Shown: piece after piece, positions 40,879 through 51,257 of the stretch | Position numbering within the stretch: the first letter of the stretch is position 1 | How the letters are laid out: every line of letters starts with the position of its first letter | Source of the DNA: a bacterium | Lineage (GTDB): Bacteria > Electryoneota > Electryoneia > Electryoneales > Electryoneaceae | DNA length: 64,000 nucleotides | Assembly: GCA_963669175.1 (NCBI GenBank) | Contig: OY769902.1 | Location: forward strand, 320,001-384,000 | Reading direction: 5' to 3' | The notes under the pieces: generated by a model | The model's database searches: none | The model's input: only the letters and a program-made list of their open reading frames with translations | What the model was told of the DNA's origin: nothing | Translations under genes and position numbers: made by a program

Positions 40879-41113
40879 GTGGCCTCCCTCTATACTTGTA
40901 GATCTACAGCTCCCTCTCGACTCTATCCAAATAAATTACGTTGACCCCGGGAAGGGTAACAAGCAGAAAAAGAAACATTGACAAGATTTTCACAGGTTTG
41001 GAGAGCCTACCAGGAGAACATGAAAACAGAAACGCTTTTCATGTTAAGTTTATAAATAACAGGATACACCAGAAAAAGTCCGGTTGATTTTCATTCCTGA
41101 TCACCCCTGTTCT

Positions 41114-42376
41114 TTACAGCATCGGGGGCAACCCGGGAGTGGGCTCTTCATAAAAGGAAGCCAGATCGGGACGAGCATTGGCATGTGGCGCCAGTCGAAC
41201 ACCAAGCCCAGTGACACCCGGCAGGTGGAGTGGTTTTTCACCAGGCAGCCCCATGTAGCGTGCAATGATCGGTTCAGCATAGTGAACAGGTTCCGGAGTG
41301 GTAAGCTCGCCGTCAGCAGCGCTCTCGATACCGGTAGTATTATCCTGATCTATCGAAAACAACGGATCACAGGACTCATGCAGTTGCTGGCGAATAAAGC
41401 CCTGGTCTGTTACTGTACCGTGAATCTCATCCTGCCGCCATGCCGCCTGCAACAGACGCAATCTTCGTCCTCGCCCCTGGTGAACACGCTTATACCACCG
41501 TCCACAATACTGGACAGATAACCCCGGTGCAGACTGTACCGCCTCCGCCAAAAGGCGCAGAGCTGCCATTTCTGATTCCCAGACCGCCATTTCAGGCTGA
41601 TGAAGGAAGGTGTACGGACGATCCAGGAAACGCTCGAGGTTATTGTTATTCACCGTGAGTTGATGAAGATGAACATGATCAACCCCTATATCCAGCAGTT
41701 GTGGAAGCAGGGCCGCTACGGTCAGTTCATCTTCCGGGATCGCCGGTATCTCGACAGTGACTTTCCAATCATGTTTCCGAGCTCGCAATAAAGGTTTCAG
41801 GCTATAGCGAATCGCACTGATATCAAACCTGATTTCATTCAGTCCCGTATCGGCCAGCGTTGCCAGGCGATAATCCGTGGCCAGAGCCCCGTTGGTGTAC
41901 ATCCACAGGTAGAAGGAATCGCCAAAACGATGGCGAATCGCATGTGTGAATTCTTTGACACGTTCCAAATTCAGCAATGGCTCGCCGCCACTGAAACCGA
42001 CCGCATTGAATCCCGCTTGTGACAGGAACTCCAAGTATGCTTCCGGGACAGGAAATTCAATGCCTAATGCCGTTGGTGGTGGGTCCAGCCGTTGAGTTGC
42101 CTCCATGGGGCAATAGAAACAATCCAGGTTGCACTTCTGGTTGATGAACAAGCAGGACCAGGTGCCCTTACCGCAAGCCTGACAACCGGGGGATAGTGTT
42201 CCGATATAGGGTTTGGTGCCGTTAAAGGCATACTTGACCATGCCTTCCAGCATAGCCAACAAGGTATCACGCTCTGCGTTGACCCGGACGATATCGTTTT
42301 CGTCGAGCCAGTTCACCTTGAAATATGACCAGCCCAGCTCCTGTTGGACACGGTCAACAGCGAATTCTCTATCCAC
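41114..42376 (-). CDS. Radical SAM protein
   Basis: CNLDCFYC motif preceded by LSPGCQAC; FSGGEPLL, MYTNG, EIRFDI. Confidence 0.9.
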   Translation of the reverse strand: MDREFAVDRVQQELGWSYFKVNWLDENDIVRVNAERDTLLAMLEGMVKYAFNGTKPYIGTLSPGCQACGKGTWSCLFINQKCNLDCFYCPMEATQRLDPPPTALGIEFPVPEAYLEFLSQAGFNAVGFSGGEPLLNLERVKEFTHAIRHRFGDSFYLWMYTNGALATDYRLATLADTGLNEIRFDISAIRYSLKPLLRARKHDWKVTVEIPAIPEDELTVAALLPQLLDIGVDHVHLHQLTVNNNNLERFLDRPYTFLHQPEMAVWESEMAALRLLAEAVQSAPGLSVQYCGRWYKRVHQGRGRRLRLLQAAWRQDEIHGTVTDQGFIRQQLHESCDPLFSIDQDNTTGIESAADGELTTPEPVHYAEPIIARYMGLPGEKPLHLPGVTGLGVRLAPHANARPDLASFYEEPTPGLPPML

Positions 42377-42685
42377 TGCTGTAAAGCCACTCCTGACCTG
42401 ATGGATTACAATGAAGGATTAGCCGCAACACTATGTGAACTATGAGTTCAGCGCAAATATAAGTCAAATACGTCAACTCAGTATCCCTTGAATGATGCAC
42501 GTGCTCTTTTGCCTTCCAGAGAGACCACAGGGAACAAGCTGAAAGCGATACACTTACAACAATCAATTGAATCTCTGGAGCTTAATTTTCAATCAGTTCG
42601 CCTTACCGTCCCGTGAGCACTTGCTCAAATGGTTTTTATGAGCCCATATTCAAGTTTCCTTCAGGTTTTGAACGGAGTGTGAATC

Positions 42686-45600
42686 GTGAGTCTGATTTCA
42701 GCAGACAATAGCAGCCCTTCGGACGGCACTCGCATCCATCGTTGGATCACCGTCGGAGTGTTTGTTATCGCCCTTATCATGTATGTGGCCTCAATGGCGC
42801 CAACCACGTCATTCTGGGATTGCGGTGAATTTATCGCCTGTTCGTATTCCCTGGGCGTGCCTCACCCCCCTGGCGCACCTTTCTTCCTGATGTTAGGACG
42901 TGTCTTTTCGATGCTGCCGTTCCATTCTGACATCGGATTCCGTGTCAACTTCATCAGTGTGCTCGTCAGTGCGTTGACTGTTATGTTCACGTACCTGACC
43001 ATCGTACGACTGGTGCGGAATTGGCGCGGCAAAGAGGAATCGGTCACTGATCAGGTCGTGCTTTACGGGTCCGGTGTCGTTGGCGCATTGGGATTCGCGT
43101 TTTCGCACAGTTTCTGGTTCAATGCTGTTGAAGCAGAAGTCTACGCTATCAGTATGTTTTTCACCGCGCTGGTTGTCTGGCTTGCGGTGAGATGGATGGA
43201 TCATGCGGAAAGACCCGATTCCACGAAGTATCTCCTGTTAATTTGCTATTTTGTGGGTGTGGCAACTGGCATCCACTTGTTGAACGTGCTGGCGTTGAGC
43301 CCAATAGTTTTGCTCATTTATTTCAAGAAATACAAGTTTAGCTGGCTGGGATTCGGCATTGCAGTTGTTCTTTCCGCTATTGCTATCCTGATAGTATATC
43401 CTGGTGTAGTCGCTGGTGTGCCCTATCTGCTTGAGATGGGTCCGTTCTGGCTCCTGCTGGTCGTTCTACTGGGTGTCGGAGTGTTATTCATTTCCATCCG
43501 CTCACGCATGTCGGTGGTGTCGCTGGTAACTGCAAGCATATTGCTGATCCTGATTGGTTATTCCAGTTACACCATGATTTATATCCGTTCCAACCTGAAA
43601 CCGGTCATCAACGAAAACCAGCCGGACACCATTCAACGGTTAATCAGCTATCTCAATCGCGAACAGTACGGCACCGCAGGTCCGGCTGAGATACAACCGC
43701 TGTCGCGTGAATACGAAGACTATCTCCGCGCCCAGGCTCGTGGCGCTCAGAACAAGTATTCGCAATTGATGACGCAAGCAAGATCTTTTGCCAAACAGGG
43801 ACGGTATGACCAGGCCGCTGCAAAAGAAAATGAAGCAGCAGCTTCCTATATGGCGACGCCGCGCATCATCCGTTTGAGCGCTAAAAATGTGTTGAGACTG
43901 AACCTGCTAGAACGTGCAGCTCCGTTCTGGAGTTACCAGATCAACAAGATGTACATCCGCTATATCAAATGGCAGTATTGGACCGGCGAACCTGATCTGG
44001 ACGGGTCAACAACCATCCTGTTGTTCCCGATGATCTTTGCCTTTATCGGCGCTTACTGGCATTTCCGGCGCGATCCCAAACGTGCGATCGTAATCCTGAT
44101 GCTGTTCCTCATGACCGGTCTTGCTATTGTGTTCTACCTGAACCAGCCGGACCCGCAACCTCGCGAACGTGATTACGCATACGTAGGCTCTTTCTGGGCC
44201 ATGGCGCTCTGGATCGGGATGGGTGTTGTAGCGCTTTACGAAGCTATCATTGAAGCCATCAAAAAGCCAAGTGGCCAGCAAAAGAAGATGATCGCCATTG
44301 CCACTATCGCTTTTGCCATCCTGGTTGTCCCGATCAGCATGGGCGCGCAGGGTTACCACACCCATGACCGTAGCGGCAATTTTGTGGCATGGGATTATTC
44401 CCACAATATGCTGGAAACCTGCGAACCGAACGGTATCATTTTCACCAACGGCGACAACGATACCTTCCCGCTCTGGTACTTGCAGGTGGTCGAAGGAATT
44501 CGTACCGACGTGCGTGTGGTGAACCTCAGTCTTCTGAATACGGACTGGTACATCAAACAGCTCCGTGACGAAGAGCCGAAGGTGCCGATTTCGCTTACGG
44601 ATGATTTCATTGATAATGTTCTGACTTCAATGACCCGTTCAACTGCGAAATTCCGCTATCTTCCTACGGGCAAGAAACACATGGAAGTGCCCACGCCTGA
44701 TGGAGGCTCGATTGAGTGGGATGCCCCGGCCACCATGTACGTGCCCTGGTCGGAAGATGACACTCCGGGAAAGAACAACTTCCTGAAGGTGCAGGATGTC
44801 ATGATTCTGCATATCATTCAGCAGAATCGCTGGGAAAAACCGATCTATTTTGCGGTTACCGTCTCCAACACCAACCTGATGGGATTAAGGCCTTACCTGA
44901 CCATGGAAGGGCTGGCTTTCAAGCTGAAAACAGAACGGGTTGGAAGAGTTGCCATCGACGAGAAGAAACTGCGTGAAAACCTGTTCGAGACTTATGCCGG
45001 GAACTACCGGAACCTTGACAACCCGGATGTTTACCTGTTCCCGAACGTCTTGAAATTGCTACAAAACTATCGCAGTGGTTTCCTCCAGTTGGTTTACGAA
45101 TATTACAACGACGCCCAGATGCGTCCAGGTGTCACCAGTAGCGGCATTCCTGAAGAAAACTGGGGTGAGAAGTTTGAGGATCTGACTTCACGCGAAAAGT
45201 CGCTGTATACGCTCAGGTTGATGGATCAATACATCCCTGAAACAACAGTCCCGATGACCAACCGTGAGATCCTGCTGCAACTGGGCCGTCTTTATGCGGA
45301 GTTGGGTGACAAGGAAGCTGCATCGGTCCGGTTCAGGAATGCCATGGAAGTGCCGGGAGTTACGGATTCAGACAACCTTGAAACCGCCCTGTACATGATG
45401 GAATTCACCCCGGAGATTGACCGTGAACGCGCCCGTGCCATCATTGCATCGGAACTCGGCGATAACCCGTCGGTAGAGCAAACGCTGAATGTTGCTTCCA
45501 TCTTTGATCGCGCGAAGATGCATGAAGAGCTGGTTGAGCTCCTTGATGGTATTTCTGATCGCACGGATTTGTCCAACTACCAGAAACAGGAAATCGCAAC

Positions 45601-45820
45601 TTTCTACCTGGGCGCCAAGCAGTATGATAAGGCGCGGGGCATCTACGAAGCGCTTCACCAGGAGAATCCGGCAGACGGTGGCGCTACGGGCGGTTTGTTG
45701 CAGGCTTACCTGGAGATGGGCGACACAACCAACGCGATAGAATTGCTTCAGGACTGGATTGAGATCAATCCACGTGATCGCAGCGCACAAAAACGCCTTG
45801 AAGAGTTGACAGCGAAATAA
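42686..45820 (+). CDS. DUF2723/TMEM260-like GT-C membrane protein with TPR tail
   Basis: SFWDCGEFIA, HPPGAP, AVEAEVY, YLNREQYG, RERDYAYVGS, FTNGDNDTFPLWY. Confidence 0.9.
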   Translation: MSLISADNSSPSDGTRIHRWITVGVFVIALIMYVASMAPTTSFWDCGEFIACSYSLGVPHPPGAPFFLMLGRVFSMLPFHSDIGFRVNFISVLVSALTVMFTYLTIVRLVRNWRGKEESVTDQVVLYGSGVVGALGFAFSHSFWFNAVEAEVYAISMFFTALVVWLAVRWMDHAERPDSTKYLLLICYFVGVATGIHLLNVLALSPIVLLIYFKKYKFSWLGFGIAVVLSAIAILIVYPGVVAGVPYLLEMGPFWLLLVVLLGVGVLFISIRSRMSVVSLVTASILLILIGYSSYTMIYIRSNLKPVINENQPDTIQRLISYLNREQYGTAGPAEIQPLSREYEDYLRAQARGAQNKYSQLMTQARSFAKQGRYDQAAAKENEAAASYMATPRIIRLSAKNVLRLNLLERAAPFWSYQINKMYIRYIKWQYWTGEPDLDGSTTILLFPMIFAFIGAYWHFRRDPKRAIVILMLFLMTGLAIVFYLNQPDPQPRERDYAYVGSFWAMALWIGMGVVALYEAIIEAIKKPSGQQKKMIAIATIAFAILVVPISMGAQGYHTHDRSGNFVAWDYSHNMLETCEPNGIIFTNGDNDTFPLWYLQVVEGIRTDVRVVNLSLLNTDWYIKQLRDEEPKVPISLTDDFIDNVLTSMTRSTAKFRYLPTGKKHMEVPTPDGGSIEWDAPATMYVPWSEDDTPGKNNFLKVQDVMILHIIQQNRWEKPIYFAVTVSNTNLMGLRPYLTMEGLAFKLKTERVGRVAIDEKKLRENLFETYAGNYRNLDNPDVYLFPNVLKLLQNYRSGFLQLVYEYYNDAQMRPGVTSSGIPEENWGEKFEDLTSREKSLYTLRLMDQYIPETTVPMTNREILLQLGRLYAELGDKEAASVRFRNAMEVPGVTDSDNLETALYMMEFTPEIDRERARAIIASELGDNPSVEQTLNVASIFDRAKMHEELVELLDGISDRTDLSNYQKQEIATFYLGAKQYDKARGIYEALHQENPADGGATGGLLQAYLEMGDTTNAIELLQDWIEINPRDRSAQKRLEELTAK

Positions 45821-45838
45821 ATCGGAGATTCGCAGCAC

Positions 45839-46885
45839 GTGACGCAGAAGAACAACATCCTGGTCTCCATTGTTATTCCGCACCTTCGCGGTACGGAATA
45901 CCTGCTGAACCTGCTTGATGACCTGAAGCAGGAAGCGATGGATGTCGGGCGAGTTGAAGTTTTACTGGTGGATAACGCTTCAACGGATGGTTCTTCTGCC
46001 CTGGCTGGCGAAATGCACCCCTGGATCAAGGTTTTACCTCTGAAGAAAAACCTTGGCTACGCGGGTGGATGCAACCACGGCATTCGTTCTTCCCGTGGGA
46101 AATGGATCTGGCTGATAAACGATGATATCCGCATTAAACCCGGCAGCCTGCGGGCGTGTCTTACTATTGCGGAAAGTGCGCCGGATATCGCTGCTGTGCA
46201 GCCCAAAATCCTTTCCCTGATTGAAGAAGGGAAGTTTGATTACGCTGGCGGCGCCGGTGGCATGATTGACAAGTATGGCTATCCCTTCGCGCTGGGCCGT
46301 ATCGGAGGCGCTTTGGAAACAGACGAAGGGCAATATGACAGCAGCAGGGAGATTTTCTGGGCTTCGGGCACAGCTTGTTTCTGGAAACGAAGCGTGCTGA
46401 AGAAAATCGGCCTGTTGGATGCTTTTTATTTCGCACATATGGAAGAAATTGATTTATCCTGGCGAGCCTGGACAGCGGGATATCGTATTTTATCTGCTCC
46501 AGAGGCAGTTGTTTATCACCTTGGCGGTGGTACATTGGGCTACGAATCGTGGATGAAGATGTACTTGAATCATCGCAATGCTCTCATCACCTTGGCAAAA
46601 AACCGTGACTTTATCTCCCTGTTGGGTTTACTACCCGCTCGGCTCGTTTTGGATCAGGGAATAGGGTTTGTAGAGTTTGTCTCTGGGAGGCCGAAACGCA
46701 TCTTTGCCATCTGGGCCGGATGGCTGGCTTTTCTTCGAGACACACCCCATTGGTTAAGAAGTCGAAAACGCTTACGGATTCAGAAGATTCGCCATACGAG
46801 CGATCTGGATCACATTGTTTATAACGGATGCATCCTGTTAGCCTATGTCAGGGGTGTTCACACAGCGTCAACACTTGCGAAGTGA
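45839..46885 (+). CDS. Glycosyltransferase family 2
   Basis: LVDNASTDGS, NLGYAGGCN, INDD, FAHMEEIDLSWR. Confidence 0.92.
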   Translation: MTQKNNILVSIVIPHLRGTEYLLNLLDDLKQEAMDVGRVEVLLVDNASTDGSSALAGEMHPWIKVLPLKKNLGYAGGCNHGIRSSRGKWIWLINDDIRIKPGSLRACLTIAESAPDIAAVQPKILSLIEEGKFDYAGGAGGMIDKYGYPFALGRIGGALETDEGQYDSSREIFWASGTACFWKRSVLKKIGLLDAFYFAHMEEIDLSWRAWTAGYRILSAPEAVVYHLGGGTLGYESWMKMYLNHRNALITLAKNRDFISLLGLLPARLVLDQGIGFVEFVSGRPKRIFAIWAGWLAFLRDTPHWLRSRKRLRIQKIRHTSDLDHIVYNGCILLAYVRGVHTASTLAK

Positions 46886-47037
46886 AGGCTGTGATTGTAC
46901 CTTGCCTAAGTTTCAGGAGGCATGGACGAAACGTGAGAAACCGAGGCATAAACAGCCTGTGCTTCAGGTTTCACGGTGTGGCCGCCGATATCGTTTCGTC
47001 CCCAGGTAACATCAAGGAACCAAGTGGGAGGCCATCC

Positions 47038-47799
47038 ATGTCACGTCGATTCGGGCTACTTGCCGGGATGATGCTAGTACTGTTACTCGTAGGGCAGGTA
47101 GCTGCCCAGGACGTGTCCGTATTTGAAAAGAAAGGCAAAGACCTTCCTCACAAGTACGGAATTCAGCTTACAGGCGGATTTGCCACGTACGGCATGTCGG
47201 ACATGAACGATTTCATCGCCGGCAGCAGCGCAGCAGGATTTTCTGTTGAAGATGAAGCGCAATCAGGCATTGGCTTTGGCATCGCGATTCTGTATCGCAG
47301 CCACGAGCATTTCCGCTGGTCAATTGGTTACAACCATCTCGGTCAGGACAAAGCGTACGCTACATGGACCAACGGCGGCGAGAAGGAAATTCTCGTCAGC
47401 GCTGGCGAATTTACCGTATTGGGCGCTTACCTGTTCCCGATCACTGACTGGTTCGCGCTGAACCTCACAGCCGGTCCGACCATCATCAACGCTGACATCA
47501 GTGTTGCTGACACAGGCGGCCCGGACATCTCCGATATCCATGGCCGTGCGCTTGGTTTCCTCGGCGGTATCGGCGCTGATCTCAACTTGGGTGACACTTG
47601 GGCCATCCATTTCCTCGGTGGCTATCGCGCTGGCAAAATCTCGGACCTGCTTTACACCGACACCAGTGACATCGAGCAAACCTGGTACTGGACAAGTTCC
47701 GGTGGCAATCGTACAGTCGTCGCAGATTATTCCGGCATCTTTGTTGAGCTTGGTCTGCGCATGTATTTCGGCCCAGGTACCAATTGGGTTGAGTTCTAA
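47038..47799 (+). CDS. Outer-membrane beta-barrel protein
   Basis: ATG after GGGAGG; signal peptide ending VAAQ; alternating beta-strand pattern; ELGLRMYF near the end. Confidence 0.7.
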   Translation: MSRRFGLLAGMMLVLLLVGQVAAQDVSVFEKKGKDLPHKYGIQLTGGFATYGMSDMNDFIAGSSAAGFSVEDEAQSGIGFGIAILYRSHEHFRWSIGYNHLGQDKAYATWTNGGEKEILVSAGEFTVLGAYLFPITDWFALNLTAGPTIINADISVADTGGPDISDIHGRALGFLGGIGADLNLGDTWAIHFLGGYRAGKISDLLYTDTSDIEQTWYWTSSGGNRTVVADYSGIFVELGLRMYFGPGTNWVEF

Positions 47800-47987
47800 A
47801 TCTCGAAAGAGGTTGGAAGTAATACTTTACTGTGACTGTTTTACGACCTTCCCAGGGTTGAACACTAAAAGTGTGCAAGTTCCCAGCCGCTCTCGCTTTG
47901 CGTGAGCGGCATTTTCTTTCTTGAAGATATAACTTGCGGTTATATAGAATCGGAAGCGCTTTCGCATTAACACGTGTTGAGGTGATC

Positions 47988-48995
47988 ATGTTGCGTTATA
48001 CATTGTCTGTTCTGCTTGCGTCTGTGGTTGTGCTGGCAGGATGCTCCTTCGATTTCAAGCCAAACGCGGTTGAAGGGGACACGGAACTGGCTGTCATTAT
48101 CGAAGGCGCCCATACGCAGGAAGCTACACCTCGCCTGCGTGAGGCTCTCGAGCAGATCATCCTTACGCCGCAGGAAGAAACGCAGTTTACCCTGCATTTT
48201 GCCGGGGATGACAGCCTTGCACGTTGGAGCCGCTGGGCAAATGTACTGCTGGTGGGATGCCTCGATTCAGATGATCCCGTTTCACAACGCATACGTGAAA
48301 TGCTCAAGGGAGAAGTATTGGAAGGTGTGCAGGCCGGGCGTTATAGCGTCTTTCGCAGAGAAAACGTCTGGGCGAAAAAGCAGACAGTCGTCTTCCTGGT
48401 GGCGCCGGATAAGGAACAGTTGAAAATCTGGTTGGCCGATAACGGCAGCGAATTGTATTCGATCTTCAATGAGGTGCGTGTTGCTCGAGTCACCAAAGCT
48501 CTCTACGCGCAACCACCGTTAAAAGATCTTTCGGATTCCCTGTTCACAGCTCATGGCTGGTGGCTGGACATCCCGCATGATTACAGTCTTGTGGCTTCCC
48601 ATCAGCATCCCGGTTTTATCCGGTTGGGACGTGAATATCCAGATCGTCTCTTGACGGTAGCCTGGCGGCAGGGTGAGCCGGAAGAAGTGCATCCGGACAC
48701 GCTGTTAAGGTGGCGAAATGAACTGGGGCATTTTTTTGCCGATTCGGTTCGAGTCAACCCTGTCTGGATTCGAACCAGCGATGTCATGATCGGGGATATT
48801 CCTGCTATCCAGGTTCGAGGATTATGGGAAACTTTCGGCAGTTTGGGTGGTGGACCTTTCGTAGCCTACATCCTGCATTCGGAGGGCACCCTGTTCCTGC
48901 TGGACGCCCAGGTTTTCGCTCCGGGAAAGATGAAAGTCCCCTACGTTCGCCAGATGGAGATTATTTTACGCAGTTTCAGAACATCAAAGCCTTGA
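47988..48995 (+). CDS. DUF4837-like lipoprotein
   Basis: Lipobox VLAG-C; TPQEE, NVWAKKQ, RGLWE...GGGPF...FAPG. Confidence 0.75.
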   Translation: MLRYTLSVLLASVVVLAGCSFDFKPNAVEGDTELAVIIEGAHTQEATPRLREALEQIILTPQEETQFTLHFAGDDSLARWSRWANVLLVGCLDSDDPVSQRIREMLKGEVLEGVQAGRYSVFRRENVWAKKQTVVFLVAPDKEQLKIWLADNGSELYSIFNEVRVARVTKALYAQPPLKDLSDSLFTAHGWWLDIPHDYSLVASHQHPGFIRLGREYPDRLLTVAWRQGEPEEVHPDTLLRWRNELGHFFADSVRVNPVWIRTSDVMIGDIPAIQVRGLWETFGSLGGGPFVAYILHSEGTLFLLDAQVFAPGKMKVPYVRQMEIILRSFRTSKP

Positions 48996-49131
48996 CATAC
49001 GAATACGGTAACAGGAGTAATCAGGTACTTCTTTCTTTCATTACAGGCATGTGAAAGCAACATTTGATGATTACATTGGATCAACTTGATGACAACAGAA
49101 CCAACACGATGTGGAGTCAGGTAAGGACAAC

Positions 49132-50604
49132 ATGACACAAGAACAGCCAGAAGCAACAAACAGCAGCGAACAGACAAAGAGTTTTCCGGACGCTACTTTT
49201 GATACCCTCCCAGTCAGAATGCAGCAGGCCTGCAATAATGCCGGCTGGGTTCAACTTATGCCGGTTCAGGCGAAGACGATTCCATACGTACTGAACGGCA
49301 AGGATTTGATGGTGCAATCCCGTACCGGTTCCGGTAAAACGGGCGCTTATGTACTACCCTTGCTGGAGCATCTGGACCCGTCACAGAAAGGCTGCCAGGC
49401 CCTGGTGCTGGTGCCCACACGTGAACTTGCACGACAGGTCACGACCCAGGTTGAGCTCCTGGGAAAAGACATTGGAGTTGAAAGCGCTGCTGTATACGGT
49501 GGCGTTGGGTATGGCCCGCAACGTGATGCCTTCAAACGTGGTGTGCCCATTATTGTTGGCACTCCGGGGCGTATTCTGGATCATCTCTTGAAACGATCCC
49601 TCACGCTTGATCAATTGAAGGTTCTTGTCTTTGACGAGGCCGACCGGATGTTGTCCATGGGATTTTTCCCTGACATGAAAGAAATTCAGAAATTCATGCC
49701 CCGGAAACGATTCAGCGTGTACATGTTTTCCGCCACGTTCCCGCCGAGGGTGAAAAGTCTGGCCAGGCTGTTCATGCACGACCCCGATTTCCTCAGCCTG
49801 AGCAGTGACAATATACTCGTGGCTGAAACGGAACATCACGTATACACGGTCCCGGGATTCGAAAAAGACCGGATCCTGGTCCGAATTATCGAGATGGACA
49901 ATCCCGAAGGCGCCCTGATCTTCTGCAATACCAGGGATAAAGTGCATTATGTCGCGACTGTCCTGAAGCGTTTCGGGTATGATGCAGATGAACTCAGCAG
50001 CGATCTAAGCCAGCACCAGCGTGAATTGGTCATGAACCGGATTCAGACAGGCCATCTCCGTTTCCTGGTTGCGACCGATGTCGCGGAACGTGGCATTGAC
50101 ATTCCCGACCTGCCTTATGTAATCCAGTATGAACCCCCGGATGATGCGGAAGTGTATGTCCATCGTGCGGGCCGGACGGGTAGAGCTGGAGCGGCCGGAA
50201 CTGTTGTGACTCTGGTAGCCGACCTCGAGAAGCTGACCATGGGCAAGATCGCACGCAAATTCGGTATCCCGATCCAGGACAAGCTGCCTCCCAGCGAAGA
50301 AGATGTCGCCCGAGTTGTCGCACAGCGTTTGACTGGACGATTGGAAGCAAAAGCGCGTGAACGTGACAACCTGAAGGTGGAACGCATGCAGCGCTTTATT
50401 CCCCTGGCCAATGAATTGATGGAGAGCAACGAAGGACAGGAGCTGGTCGCTATGGTGCTCGATGATATCTACCAGCGCTGGCTTCACATCCCACTCGAGG
50501 CTGAACAGACGCCTCCCGAGAGCGAACCGCAGCAACAACAAAAGCGAAGCAGTATAAAACGTCCCCCGAGGAAACGCAGCAGCTCAACAAGACGAAGAAG
50601 GTGA
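49132..50604 (+). CDS. DEAD-box RNA helicase
   Basis: TGSGKT, PTRELA, TPGR, DEAD, SAT, HRAGRTGRAG; basic C-terminal tail. Confidence 0.95.
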   Translation: MTQEQPEATNSSEQTKSFPDATFDTLPVRMQQACNNAGWVQLMPVQAKTIPYVLNGKDLMVQSRTGSGKTGAYVLPLLEHLDPSQKGCQALVLVPTRELARQVTTQVELLGKDIGVESAAVYGGVGYGPQRDAFKRGVPIIVGTPGRILDHLLKRSLTLDQLKVLVFDEADRMLSMGFFPDMKEIQKFMPRKRFSVYMFSATFPPRVKSLARLFMHDPDFLSLSSDNILVAETEHHVYTVPGFEKDRILVRIIEMDNPEGALIFCNTRDKVHYVATVLKRFGYDADELSSDLSQHQRELVMNRIQTGHLRFLVATDVAERGIDIPDLPYVIQYEPPDDAEVYVHRAGRTGRAGAAGTVVTLVADLEKLTMGKIARKFGIPIQDKLPPSEEDVARVVAQRLTGRLEAKARERDNLKVERMQRFIPLANELMESNEGQELVAMVLDDIYQRWLHIPLEAEQTPPESEPQQQQKRSSIKRPPRKRSSSTRRRR

Positions 50605-50627
50605 TAAGCGAAAACGAAGAGTTGGAT

Positions 50628-50925
50628 GTTCCTCACAAGAATTTGTGCATCCGGGCAATGTTGTGGCAGGTCTTGACGCGACATTCTGTCTTCGGCTTTA
50701 GCTGTGTTTTCCTGAATGTACGATGATACGGAAACCGCCTCTCGCCTTGTTATTGTCGCGTTGTGACCTGCCACCGATATCAGCATTCTCGCAATCGTCA
50801 GGTCACAACACGATGCCTGATGACGAACTATCTTGTAAAATTGCAGGTGTGAAGTCGGACAGGTGTCTGAAATTGCGGTGAAAAACAAGAAAAAGGCATC
50901 GCGTCAAGACCTGACGAAACGGGCT
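50628..50925. mobile_element. Family A MITE, inverted copy missing one end
   Basis: Begins GTTCCTCACAAGAATTTGTGCAT; colinear with the reverse complement of about 5229-5518. Confidence 0.8.
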
Positions 50926-50927
50926 AT

Positions 50928-51182
50928 CCCGAATATGTCACCAATGCAATCTCAAATGTGGTATTTGATGGGATGGCCAGTACAAGAACCACGACAGTGG
51001 TTCCCTGAATTAGCCCACCGTCCAGCGACGTCTGTTTGGCGCTCACGGTGGGAATAAGATGTACGCTGCTTGCCAACCCCGGCAGCGGGTTGCCTAAATA
51101 TTACCACTGTATGCTTATGATAATTAACAGGTTACTCCTTACGGAGTAATTATATGGTGCGCATTATCTCCCAGGGTAGCCG
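50928..51182. mobile_element. Family B MITE, inverted partial copy abutting family A
   Basis: Begins CCCGAATATGTCACCAATGC; colinear with the reverse complement of about 15460-15714. Confidence 0.8.
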
Positions 51183-51257
51183 ATTCTGATACAGTCTGGC
51201 AGGCGGAGACTTGTGCGCCGAGGCGTATCTACTCCGTTGGCCGCACCACCTTATGGG

